From Novosphingobium sp. Chol11 (GTDB lineage: Bacteria > Pseudomonadota > Alphaproteobacteria > Sphingomonadales > Sphingomonadaceae), in NCBI GenBank assembly GCA_945906005.1, contig CAMDQY010000001.1:1-41766 (forward strand): a stretch of 41,766 nt of DNA, given 5' to 3'. Made by a program: the position numbers and the translations under genes. This document shows positions 28,571 to 38,277 of this stretch, one piece after another. A model generated the notes under the pieces. That model did not search any database. It had not been told where the DNA came from and was given only the letters and a program-made list of their open reading frames with translations. The number at the start of each line of letters is the position of its first letter. The stretch's first letter is position 1.

Positions 28571-29800
28571 TCAGGCAATTGCACCCTTGGCTTTCAGTTC
28601 CTCGATCCGGTCCCACTCGAAGCCCGATTCCATCAGCACGATCTCGGTGTGTTCGGAGGCCTGCGGCGCGCGCGTTGTTTCCAGCGCCTCGCCGTTCCAT
28701 TGAACCGGACCGCGCACCAGCTTTATCGGCGCGCCACCATCGAGCGATTCCACCTCGATCACCATGTCGTTGGCGAGCGCCTGCTCGTCGTGCGACATTT
28801 CCTCGAAATTGATCACGGCGGCCCACTGGCCCTTGAGGGTCTTGAGACGTTCGCGCCAGTAGTCGAAAGGCTTCTGCGCGAACGCCTCGACGAGGATTTC
28901 GCTCGCCGCCTGCGCATTCTTGAACAGCGACAGGGGATCGGCAAAGCGCGGATCCTTTGCGGCCTCGGGCCTGCCGACATGCGCAAAGGTATCCTCGATC
29001 AGGCCGGTCGGGCTTAGAATACACAGGTTGATGGTGCGTCCGTCCGACGTCCAGAAATTGCCGAGGAACGGGTTGACCGCCATGCCGCCCGAAGTCGGCA
29101 TTCCGGCCCGCTGGGCGACGCCATGCTCCATCTGTTGGCTGAGTGATGCGCCAGCTGCCCACCATGCGGTGGACTGAAGCGAGACGTCCATGACAGCGCC
29201 TTCGCCGGTCTTCTCGCGGTGGAACAACGCGGCGGAAATGCCGCCGGCGATGAACATGCCGCCGATCGAATCGCCGAACGCCGGTATGGCTTGGGTGAGC
29301 GGCCCGCCCAGTTCCTCCGGGCTGTGTGCATAGGCAATGCCGCTGCCCGCCCAGAACACGGTGCCATCGAAACCGCCGCGCGCGTAGTCAGGGCCTTTGG
29401 CGCCGAAGGCGCTGCCGCGCGCGTAGATGATGTCGGGCTTGACCGCCTTGATATGTTCGACGTCGAAGCGGTTTTTCTGGCGGTGGTGCGGAAGATAGTT
29501 GGTCAGGAACACGTCAGCCGTCTTTGCGAGTTCGTGCAGCACTTCCTGTCCCTCGGGCGTGGAAAGGTCGATGCCGACCGAACGCTTGCCGCGATTGGGA
29601 TGCTCAATCAGCGTATGGCGCAACGGATCGACCTGGAAGCCTCCGAGATTGAGGAAGCCGCGCTGGGTGTCGCCGCGCACCGGATGCTCGACCTTGATGA
29701 CGTCCGCGCCCCAGTCGGCCAGGATCGCGCCTGCTGCGGGAGTAAATGTGAACTGCGCGACTTCAAGCACGCGCACGCCTTGCATTACCTTTGTCGTCAT
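28571..29800 (-). CDS. Family III (CaiB/BaiF) CoA-transferase
   Basis: [35 protein letters not shown] and GDSIGG motifs. Start trimmed to MTTKVMQ. Confidence 0.93.
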   Translation of the reverse strand: MTTKVMQGVRVLEVAQFTFTPAAGAILADWGADVIKVEHPVRGDTQRGFLNLGGFQVDPLRHTLIEHPNRGKRSVGIDLSTPEGQEVLHELAKTADVFLTNYLPHHRQKNRFDVEHIKAVKPDIIYARGSAFGAKGPDYARGGFDGTVFWAGSGIAYAHSPEELGGPLTQAIPAFGDSIGGMFIAGGISAALFHREKTGEGAVMDVSLQSTAWWAAGASLSQQMEHGVAQRAGMPTSGGMAVNPFLGNFWTSDGRTINLCILSPTGLIEDTFAHVGRPEAAKDPRFADPLSLFKNAQAASEILVEAFAQKPFDYWRERLKTLKGQWAAVINFEEMSHDEQALANDMVIEVESLDGGAPIKLVRGPVQWNGEALETTRAPQASEHTEIVLMESGFEWDRIEELKAKGAIA

Positions 29801-30114
29801 TAGTTTTCCTGTCCCTGCCGGATGGCCTGATACGCTGGCCCGAGGTGAGCGAAACACCGCCCGTCTCTGGCCGCATTCTGACGCACGATCAAGGAGTGAG
29901 CGGATCGCGGGCACGATCAAATGAACCGATGCGACCCGCACCATGATGAGCGAATCATCAGATCGCCGATGAGCCCGGATCGTTCAATCCTGGCTTCAAA
30001 TGAGTCACACAGAATCAGTTAGATCATTCGCAATTGCGACAAAATATTACAATTGGCGCAGCCAAATTGTTATGAACGATGAGAAAACGTCGTGCTGTGT
30101 TGCAGCATTTTCAC

Positions 30115-30143
30115 TTGACTGAGGGCCGATAGTTACTTACCTT
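30115..30143 (+). promoter_or_regulatory. Putative sigma70 promoter for the 97-aa secreted protein
   Basis: TTGACT (30115-30120), 17-bp spacer, TACCTT (30138-30143) in an AT-rich divergent intergenic region. Confidence 0.5.
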
Positions 30144-30196
30144 ATTTAGGAATATCGACCGGTTATCGGTCGGTTAAAATGAAAGAGTAATTCGAA

Positions 30197-30490
30197 ATGA
30201 AAAAGTTCGCGATCGTCCTTGGTGCCGCAATTCTGTCGGCCGGCCTCGCTCCTGTCGTTGCCCTTGCGGACGAAATAACCGCCACCTCGGCCGTCGAAAT
30301 CAAGCGCGGCGACATGCTCTACACTGCCGACGGCAAGCGCGTCGGCAATATCTACCGCGTTTCTGAAGCTGGCGATGCACAGGTGATCTACCGCAGCAAG
30401 ATGATCACCGTTGCGGCCAGCACACTCACCGCTGCCGAAGGCAAGCTCATCACCTCGCTGACGCTCGACGAAGTTCGCAAGCTCGCCTGA
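30197..30490 (+). CDS. Small exported protein, PRC-barrel-like
   Basis: Sec signal MKKFAIVLGAAILSAGLAPVVALA, then GDMLYTADGKRVGNI resembling the PRC-barrel consensus. Confidence 0.72.
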   Translation: MKKFAIVLGAAILSAGLAPVVALADEITATSAVEIKRGDMLYTADGKRVGNIYRVSEAGDAQVIYRSKMITVAASTLTAAEGKLITSLTLDEVRKLA

Positions 30491-30536
30491 ACCGGTTTCT
30501 TACGCTCAGCAAGCGTGACCCGTGAAAGGGCGGCGC

Positions 30537-30659
30537 ATAGAGCCTGATCGTCTTAACTCGGAGCACGACTTGCTCCGAGTTAAGACATCAATCAGGCTCT
30601 AAACATATTTCGAGACCATGATCGCCTCAAGCTGGTTCAGCCTGAGGCGATCATGGTCT
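30537..30659. repeat. Double-hairpin palindromic element (BRU-RS/RIME-like), flanked by 9-bp direct repeats
   Basis: Hairpin 1: TAGAGCCTGAT/ATCAGGCTCTA (30538-48/30591-601) with an inner perfect 16-bp stem (30550-65/30571-86). Hairpin 2: perfect 17-bp stem (30613-29/30643-59). GGGCGGCGC at 30528-36 and 30660-68. Confidence 0.85.
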
Positions 30660-30691
30660 GGGCGGCGCCCTTCTGCGTTCTGTGTCAGATT

Positions 30692-31111
30692 TCAGACATT
30701 ACTGAGGTTGGTGTAGACCTTGTCGAGCAGGATGCTGAGCGTCTCGATTTCCCCATCGCTGAAACCCTTGAACATGCAATCCTCGCTCTGCTGTGCGATG
30801 ATCGTGAGCTTTTCGAGCAATGGTTCGGCGGCCTCCGAAATGTAGATTGCCTTGGCCCGGCGGTCGTCTTCCCGAGAACGCCTCGTCAGCAAACCTTCGC
30901 CGCAAAGGCGATCGACCAGGCGACCGGCGGATGCCTCGGACATTTCGAGCGCATCGGCGATCATCCGCTGGGTCGCACCGGGATTGGTCGCCACGACCGC
31001 GATCATCGCCCATTGCGAACGGGTTACGCCAAGCACCGCTACCTGCCGGTCAAAATAGTTTCGCAGGTTCCTGGCCAGGATGCTGATCCGCAGGCTTATG
31101 GTGCGTTTCAT
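30692..31111 (-). CDS. MarR family transcriptional regulator
   Basis: GVTRSQW, ATQRMIADAL, LVDRL and EDDRRAK winged-helix motifs. Confidence 0.93.
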   Translation of the reverse strand: MKRTISLRISILARNLRNYFDRQVAVLGVTRSQWAMIAVVATNPGATQRMIADALEMSEASAGRLVDRLCGEGLLTRRSREDDRRAKAIYISEAAEPLLEKLTIIAQQSEDCMFKGFSDGEIETLSILLDKVYTNLSNV

Positions 31112-31286
31112 CAGTCATTCCGGACTTTTAGGTCCGCTCCTCTAGCCCTCAAAGACACGGTGATACTTTCAACTGTGAGTATTTTGCAACCAGTTTCTGC
31201 TGCCGGTTACCCACTGTGACTACCATTGACGCGGAGCCGGGAGCGGACAACAGCGTCACTTCAACAGCGAGCATCCTGTCGCCACA

Positions 31287-32960
31287 ATGACTACGACCTC
31301 CACAGCATCGGATAACGACGGTCCCACGGGAACCTTTGCGCCGTTGCGCGAGGGATCTTTCCGGCGAATCTGGCTGGCGAGCGTCTTTTCCAATTTCGCC
31401 CAACTGTTCCTCGGGGTCGGTGCGGCATGGGAAATGACCCAGCTTACCAATGATCCGGGCATGATCGCCCTGGTGACGACCGCGATGATGCTGCCGATGG
31501 TTTTCGTGTCGCTGCCGGCGGGTGCCATTGCCGACATGTATGACAAGCGCATCGTTGCAATGGCGGGCCTTGCCCTTTCATCGGTGTTTGCCGCCCTGCT
31601 AGCCCTGCTCGGCTTTCTCGACCTGCTATCGCCATGGGTGCTGCTGGCGTCATGCAGCCTCGTTGGCGCGGGTGTCGCGCTCTATGGCCCATCGTGGCAG
31701 AGTTCGATCCCCGAACAGGTCTCGCTGAAAAACCTGCCGGCGGCGATCGGACTGGGCACTGTCAGCTTCAATGTCGCGCGCAGTTTCGGACCCGCGATTG
31801 GTGGCCTGATAGTCCTGGCCGCAGGCGCCAAGGCAGTCTTCGCGCTGACCTCGGTGCTCTATTGGCCGTTGCTCGCCGCCTTTGCCTTATGGAAACGCGA
31901 GCATGTACCCTCCCGCCTGCCGCCCGAACGCATGGACCGGGCGATCATCGGCGGTGCGCGCTATGCGATCCATTCGCCGCCGATCCGCACCTCGTTCTTT
32001 CGGGCATTCATGTTTTGCCTTACCAGCGCGAGCGCCACGGCGCTTGCACCGCTGGTCGCCAAGGACCAGCTTGGCGGTGATGCCGCGACCTATGGACTGC
32101 TGCTTGGCGTGACCGGTGTCGGCGCCCTTCTGGGAGCTCTCAACGTCAGCAAGGTGCGCGACAAATTCGCCATCGAGCCGACCGTGCGGCTATGTTCGAT
32201 TGCAACCGGGCTGCCGCTGATCGTCATTGCCCTGAGCCATTCGGTACTGCTCACCTGCGCGGCCTATTTCACCCTTGGTCTGGCAAACATTCTCTCGGTC
32301 GCTCTTCTCAATATCAATGTGCAGCTTTCGGCGCCGCGCTGGGTCGCAGCCCGCGCGCTCTCGCTCTATGGCTCATCGCTGACATCCGGCGTTGCGATTG
32401 GCGCATGGGCGTGGGGTTCCTTCGCTGGCGAGATCGGCCTCGCCAACGCCTATTTCGTGTCTGGAGCTGCCAGCCTCCTGACTTTCCTGCTCGGCTACTG
32501 GTTACCGCTCTCACGCGATGAGGAAGGCGAAAAGGACACGGTCGATATCGGCTTCGAGCCTAACCTGGCGCTGGGACTATCCCTGCGGTCCGGCCCGATC
32601 GTGGTCGAAGTCGAGTACCGGGTCGATCCGGACCGGGCGCGCGAGTTCTACGCGGTGATGATGCGGATGCAGCGCATGCGCAAGCGCATCGGCGGCTTCG
32701 AGTGGTCGATCGCTCGCGATATCGAAGATCCCTGGCTTTGGACCGAGCGCTACCACTGCCCGACATGGGGTGATTACCTGCGGATGCGTGATCGCTATAC
32801 CCAGATGGACTCCGATGTTCAGGCCGAGGCGCAGGCGTTCGACGAGGCTCCCGGCGGCATGATCGTGCGGCGCAGGCTCGAGCGGCCCTACGGCTCGGTG
32901 CGCTGGAAGGCCGATTCGCCCGATCCCAAGCACGATACGATCCAGTATATCGGGCCGTGA
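31287..32960 (+). CDS. MFS transporter (MFS_3 type) with soluble C-terminal domain
   Basis: FRRIWLA, AGAIADMYDKR and NVARSFGPAIGG motifs, about 12 hydrophobic segments, then a roughly 140-aa hydrophilic tail (VEYRV...WTERY...TWGDYLR). Confidence 0.92.
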   Translation: MTTTSTASDNDGPTGTFAPLREGSFRRIWLASVFSNFAQLFLGVGAAWEMTQLTNDPGMIALVTTAMMLPMVFVSLPAGAIADMYDKRIVAMAGLALSSVFAALLALLGFLDLLSPWVLLASCSLVGAGVALYGPSWQSSIPEQVSLKNLPAAIGLGTVSFNVARSFGPAIGGLIVLAAGAKAVFALTSVLYWPLLAAFALWKREHVPSRLPPERMDRAIIGGARYAIHSPPIRTSFFRAFMFCLTSASATALAPLVAKDQLGGDAATYGLLLGVTGVGALLGALNVSKVRDKFAIEPTVRLCSIATGLPLIVIALSHSVLLTCAAYFTLGLANILSVALLNINVQLSAPRWVAARALSLYGSSLTSGVAIGAWAWGSFAGEIGLANAYFVSGAASLLTFLLGYWLPLSRDEEGEKDTVDIGFEPNLALGLSLRSGPIVVEVEYRVDPDRAREFYAVMMRMQRMRKRIGGFEWSIARDIEDPWLWTERYHCPTWGDYLRMRDRYTQMDSDVQAEAQAFDEAPGGMIVRRRLERPYGSVRWKADSPDPKHDTIQYIGP

Positions 32961-32969
32961 GGTGCCTGG

Positions 32970-33584
32970 TCAGGCAGCTTGCTTGACCGCCTTGATCGTC
33001 TTGACCACGTCGAGGAACACGTTGCACACTTCGGTGACCTTGAATCCGGCTGCGCGTACATTCGCAACCGTCGGGCGGTTCATGTCCGGTCCGATCTTGC
33101 GAGTGATCAGCGTCATCAGGTTCATCATGTAGCGAAACGGATACCACCTGCTTCCGGTGTGCTCGAACATCAGCAACCTGCCACCGGGCTTGAGCACCCG
33201 GTGAAGCGCCTTGAGGCCCTCGATCGGGCGGGGGACCGAGCAGAACGTGCACGAAGTCACCACCATGTCGAAGCTTTCGGCCTCGAATTGCATGTCGTGC
33301 ACATCCATGACGTGCGTCTCGATTGAGCCGTCGTAGGCGGCAATACGTTCCTGCGCGTGCTCGATCATCTTCGGGCTGATGTCGAGCGCGGTGATCGAAA
33401 GGCCCTTGGGAAAGAACGGAATATCGAGCCCGGTGCCGAGCGCGAGGAACAGAACCTTGCCCTCTATCCCGGCGAACAGCGCGCTCTTGTCGGGCGCCCA
33501 TCGTTTCTCCGCACCCGCGCTCGCCATAGTATCGAACCGCGGGGCGAGCTTGTCCCACTTCGCCTGGGTTACGGCATCAACCAT
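32970..33584 (-). CDS. Class I SAM-dependent methyltransferase
   Basis: VLFLALGTG, LDISPKM, ESFDMVV, FCSVP and RVLKPGG motifs. Confidence 0.9.
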   Translation of the reverse strand: MVDAVTQAKWDKLAPRFDTMASAGAEKRWAPDKSALFAGIEGKVLFLALGTGLDIPFFPKGLSITALDISPKMIEHAQERIAAYDGSIETHVMDVHDMQFEAESFDMVVTSCTFCSVPRPIEGLKALHRVLKPGGRLLMFEHTGSRWYPFRYMMNLMTLITRKIGPDMNRPTVANVRAAGFKVTEVCNVFLDVVKTIKAVKQAA

Positions 33585-33972
33585 GGCGCACCTCTTTTCC
33601 TTCGCGAGTGACGCCCTTCAGCAAAGCATTGGCGATCCAGATAATGACCATGGAACCTGCTCCGCAGGCCGCGCCCCAGACCAGCCCCTGCCAAGCCGCG
33701 AAGGGCATCATCGGGACTGCCATGCCGACGACCATTCCGGTCAGTTCGCCGGTCAGCATCATCGGCACCATCGCCTCCATCGCACCAAGCCAACGCGCGG
33801 TGAGAAAGAAGCTGACGAGGCCAAGAAAGCTGCCGATCGCCATCATCAGCAGCATGGCGATCCACATGTTCCACGAAGGTCCGACAATCAGCCAGCACAG
33901 CAGGCCGACAAATGCGCCCAGCGCCACGTTGGCGACAAGGTCGCCCATGGCATATGATAAACGACGGTCCAA
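33577..33972 (-). CDS. Met-rich four-helix membrane protein of unknown function
   Basis: Four hydrophobic segments, about 15 Met; stop overlaps the methyltransferase start. Start uncertain. Confidence 0.7.
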   Translation of the reverse strand: MDRRLSYAMGDLVANVALGAFVGLLCWLIVGPSWNMWIAMLLMMAIGSFLGLVSFFLTARWLGAMEAMVPMMLTGELTGMVVGMAVPMMPFAAWQGLVWGAACGAGSMVIIWIANALLKGVTREGKEVRHG

Positions 33973-34037
33973 TCAGCCCTCCTACTCCCGCTTGGCGTCC
34001 AGTCTAGCACGCCGGGAGCGCGCGGCAATCGCTTGCG

Positions 34038-35939
34038 TCAAAGCGAGCCGCGCAGGCTCAGCAACACATTGCGGCCCGGCTCGGGTGTGCCGACTGTCCG
34101 AACGTATCGCTCGTTGGCGAGGTTGCGAAGACTGGCAGTGAGCTCGATGGCCGGGGTCAGCCGGTAAGTCACCGAGGCATCGATTGTTGCATATCCACCG
34201 AGCTGCGTGAAACCGGTGGGCACCGACGAATCGATAAAGCCATCGGAAAAGCGGCCGTCGAGCCGCAGGGAAAGCGCTTCGATCGCCTGCCATTCCAGCG
34301 CCGCCGCGCCTTTCCACTCGGGCCGAAACCGCAGCGGTGCACCGTCGGCACTCTTCGTATCGAGCTAGGTCAGGCTGGCGATGAACCGGATCGGGCCTGT
34401 CTGCCCCGATGCGGCGAATTCAAATCCTTGCGCGGTCACTCGGTCGCGATTGATGTTGGTGAACAATTCGGGATCGAAATCGATAAGGTCGCGATAGACC
34501 GACTTGCAGGCAGTGGCGCTGGCAGTCCACAAACTGTCGGCGGAAGACCACTCAATCCCCGCGTCCATAGTGCGGCTGCGTTCCGGAAGCAGATCGGGAT
34601 TGGCGATCAGCGGAAAACCCAGCGCGAACAGACTCGGCTGCTTGAATCCCTGAGCATAGTTCGCGGTCAGTCGCAGGCCGGACGTGCCCAAGGGCGCGAC
34701 CACGCCTGCACGCGTCGTAATCCGCGCCTTGCCGTTCTCGGTGCCGCTCTCGGGAAAATCGGCGCGCGGTCCGGCGCGTAGTTCGACCTGGGGCAGCACC
34801 AGGACGACGGTGGCGAACAGGCCGGGCAGCGAGCGGCTCAGCGCATAGGCAGTCGGGATCGGCTCGCCGAAATCGACCGTGCCGTCGCTTGTGCCGCTTT
34901 CATGGACCAGCGATGCGCCGATTGTGAAGGCGAGCGACTGGCTCGGGGTCCAGTCGAGGCTGGTGACTGCCTCGAAGCGCTTGAACCGGCTGTCGCTGGA
35001 AATCGGTGGAACCCCATCGAGCGCGCCGGGGGCCACGCCGGGCGACTGGCTCTCCAATGTGCTGCGACTGAACCCCAGGCGAAGCTGCCCCGAAAGCTGC
35101 GGCGTGATTGCGACTTGCAGGCTGGCCCCGAGCGCAAGCTGGTCGCGTTTGCGGGTTTCGGGATCGCGGATGACGGCAGGGTGCGTGCCGCCGCTGTCCT
35201 CGGGAAAGCCGCTGCCCTGGCTGCGTGCATAGAGGCCGAAGAGGTCGAGCGAGACGACTTCGCCGACATCGGGCGCGGCAGACACCATCGCCGACTGGCC
35301 CTCGCTGGTCGAACCACGGAGCAAGTCCGCAGTATCGCGCGTGCTGGCGGCGAAGGTCAGCGAGCCTGCCTTGCCGGTGACATGCGCCCGTCCGCCAAGC
35401 TCGTAGCGCCCGCCACTGCCTAGCCCTATTCGCGCTTTCGCGCCCGGTTCCTCACCCGGATCGTCGAGCCGCACACTGACCACGCCCGAAAGCGCATCGG
35501 CGCCATAGGCGGTCGACCACGACCCCGAGAGCACGTCGACCCGCGCCACGTCTTCCGGCCCAAGCAGCGAGAAATCGAAGCCGCCGCCCGAGGAGACCAT
35601 CGGATCGTTGACCCTCACACCGTTGCTCGCAACCAGCGTGAAATTCGGCTCGCCGCCGCGCAGCGCGAGATAACTGCCGCCGCCAAGTCCGCCCTTCTCG
35701 AAAGCATCGATTCCCGGCAACAGGACTAGGCTCTCGAGCAGAGAGATGGGAGCCTGCGCCGATATGTCGAGCTGCGAAAGCGTCATTGCCGAAGAAGTTG
35801 CAGCGGAAGCCGGATCATCGAGCCGGGCAGTGACCACGATTGCGGGATCGGTCGCCTCTTCGCCGCGCGCCTGAACCGGCAACAAGGCGATTGCGCCCAC
35901 GAACGCGGCAGAAACAGAAATTGTCGGGGATTTCTTCAC
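34038..35939 (-). pseudogene. TonB-dependent receptor with an in-frame amber stop
   Basis: Signal peptide, TonB box AIVVTA, plug motifs (LRGG, NGVRVND, YGADALSGVV) and NPDLLPERS. TAG at 34365-34367, after which the same frame continues LDTKS...RNLANERY...PGRNVLLSLRGSL to the stop at 34038. Confidence 0.88.
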
Positions 35940-36051
35940 ATTCCGGCCTCTAAATCGCTGCGGGTCGATGGCCTGTGCCCGCTGCGGGCACCTATGAACG
36001 CCCGGTCGCGGTTCGTGCCGAGGCGGATAATTGCGAAGTGGAGCACTGGCA

Positions 36052-38168
36052 ATGCAGCGACTCGCATCGGTCCTTACAAGTCTGGGCATAGTCGCCTTCG
36101 CGATCCTGCTTGGCGCGGCAGCCTCGGGCGTGACCCATCAGTTGATCCGCCTCGCGCTGCCGCTGCCCGACGGGCCCGCTGGCCGCGACGAGATCACTGC
36201 CGCACTCAGCCATCTGCTGCCAGCAGCCCTGATCGCATTTGTCGCTGCCGCCTGGCTGTTTCCGCAAGGCTTGTTCTCCTCGGCAGAACGCGTCGCCAAA
36301 CAGGTCTATACTTGGGGCACCGCATGGGGCGCTGGATCGCTTTACCTGTTCCTCATGACCAGCGACGTGTTCCCGCACCAGTTGCTGGTCGGGGCATTTC
36401 TGATTGGGATCGTGCTATTCTGGCTTGGCTACGCGCTTTTGGGCGATGACCGTGACGTGGCCGGCAGGACCGGGCTGGGCGGACGTCTGCTCGCCGTCAT
36501 CGGCGCGACCCTCAGGCTTCTGCTCAAGCCGCTGTCGTGGCTTGCGGTCGTGGTGACCCTGGCCCCGCTGGTCGCCGCCGTGCTCTATGTCGTCGATCAG
36601 GATTTCCGCGACGCCGTCGCCGAGTTCCGTGTGCGTCAGAACGTCTCGGTCGAGGGAGACTGGATGACCGTGCCAATCAACACCAAGACGCAGCTTCTGC
36701 AACCCATCGCCATCCGAATGGAGCCGGGCCGCGAGGTTTCGATGCTGGTGCTTGAGCGGGCAGGGCGGCTCTATCGCATGGACTATCCCGACAACGGCAC
36801 CAAGGAACTGCTGATCGATTTCGCCAAGGTGGTCGGCGAGGTAAACCTCGAGAAAGGCGCGCTCGGCTTCGATTTCGATCCGCGCTACGGCCAGCAGGGC
36901 GCAGCCGCGGGCTTCGTTTATGTCTATTACACCAGCTACACGCCCGAAAAGTAGACTAATTACCTCTCTCGTTTAGACCTGTCGCTGGCCGATGCCAAGG
37001 CGCGGCTCGCTTCGCGCTTCGACCTGATCGCCCAGGAACGCCCGCCCTCGCAGTATCACAATGCCGGGCATGTTGAGCTGGGACCGGACGGGTTCCTCTA
37101 TCTGTCGGTGAGCGAGATGGGGCTGGAAGATTACTACCAGCGCATCGACAAGACCCTGTCGGGCGGAATCCTGCGCATCGACGTTACCGGCAAGAGCGGC
37201 CGGGCACCCCGCGCCAGCCCGTTGGTGGCAGGACGCAGGGCTACACCATTCCGGCGGACAACCCGTTCCTCAAGGTATCGGGCGCGCTTGGCGAATTCTA
37301 CGCGATCGGCCTGCGCAATCCGTTCCGCTTCCACTTCGACAAGCCCAGCGGCCTGTTGTGGACGGGCGATGTCGGCTCGACCACCTGGGAGGAAGTCAAC
37401 GCCATCGAAAAGGGCGGGAACTATCAGTTCCCCTATGACGAGGGCGGCCGCAAGACCACGTGGGACAAGCCAGCATCGGTTGTCGGCGCCGAACACGGTC
37501 CGATCTGGACTTACCAGCATACCGCCTATGACCGTTCGGTGATCGGCGGCACCGTCTATCGCGGCAAGCGCTGGCCGCAGCTCGATGGCAAATACATCTT
37601 CGGCGACAACTATTCGGGCACCTTCTGGGCAATCCCTGCGGTGAACCGTAGGGCCAGCACGCCACTTGTGCTCGGCCAGGCGGACAAATACGCGCAACGC
37701 GGCTTCACCTCGATCGTGCAGACGCCCGACGATCGCATTCTCGTTACGATCATGGGCTCATCAAGCGCGCCCAATGGCGAAATCGTCGAACTCGTGCCAA
37801 AGGCGCATGCCGCGTCGGCCAGCATAGCCGGTGCAGGCGCGGTCGCTGCTGCGGTGACCGAGGCGGCGACGATGAGCGCGGCGGACGTCAACCAGAGCTA
37901 TGTCACCAATTGCGCACGCTGCCACGGCGAGACCGGCCACGGCGACGGTCCCGACGCGGCCATGCTCAAGGAGCAGTTGGGCGCAGCGCCCACCAACTTC
38001 CACACCCCGGCCTTCAAGGCCAAGGATCGAGCGGAAATCCGCAAGGCCATAGCCGAAGGCGGCGCGGCGGTCGGCCTTTCAGAAGCAATGCCGCCGTGGT
38101 CCAGCCTGTTCGAAGACAGGGAGATCGATGCGCTGACCGAGCACGTCAGGAACATGCCGGCGGAATAG
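36052..38168 (+). pseudogene. Membrane-anchored glucose/sorbosone dehydrogenase-like beta-propeller fused to cytochrome c; interrupted
   Basis: N-terminal TM helices, VLERAG and FDPRY...VYVYY. TAG at 36952-36954, then in-frame HNAG..LGPDGFLY and GGILRID. Frameshift near 37207-37210 to YTIPADNPF, GLRNPFR, GDVG and SVIGG. C-terminal CARCHG...AMPPW. Confidence 0.86.
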
Positions 38169-38183
38169 GAATTCCAACCAGAC

Positions 38184-38269
38184 CCGTTCGCCCTAAGCTT
38201 GTCGAAGGGCTGTTCTTTCTTTCAGCATCGAAGAGAGGGACGGTGCTTCGACAAGCTCAGCACAAACGG
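38184..38269. repeat. REP-like inverted repeat between convergent genes
   Basis: CCGTTCGCCCTAAGCTTGTCGAAG (38184-207) pairs with CTTCGACAAGCTCAGCACAAACGG (38246-269) at 20/24 positions. Confidence 0.8.
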
Positions 38270-38277
38270 AATTAGAA

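Noticed and set aside
30537-30659. Mini-CRISPR or toxin-antitoxin sRNA reading of the palindromes
   Set aside because: There are no direct repeat-spacer units, no cas genes and no small toxin ORF; the two hairpins differ in sequence.
30653-31219. 188-aa plus-strand ORF starting inside the hairpin element
   Set aside because: It is antisense to the clear MarR gene and has no recognisable domain.
34365-36954. Amber recoding (pyrrolysine or stop reassignment) suggested by in-frame TAGs in two neighbouring genes
   Set aside because: Each TAG is one substitution from a plausible sense codon (TAC, CAG), the GSDH gene also has a frameshift, other genes end normally at TAG (for example 1591, 12478, 14764), and no pyl genes or suppressor tRNA are present.
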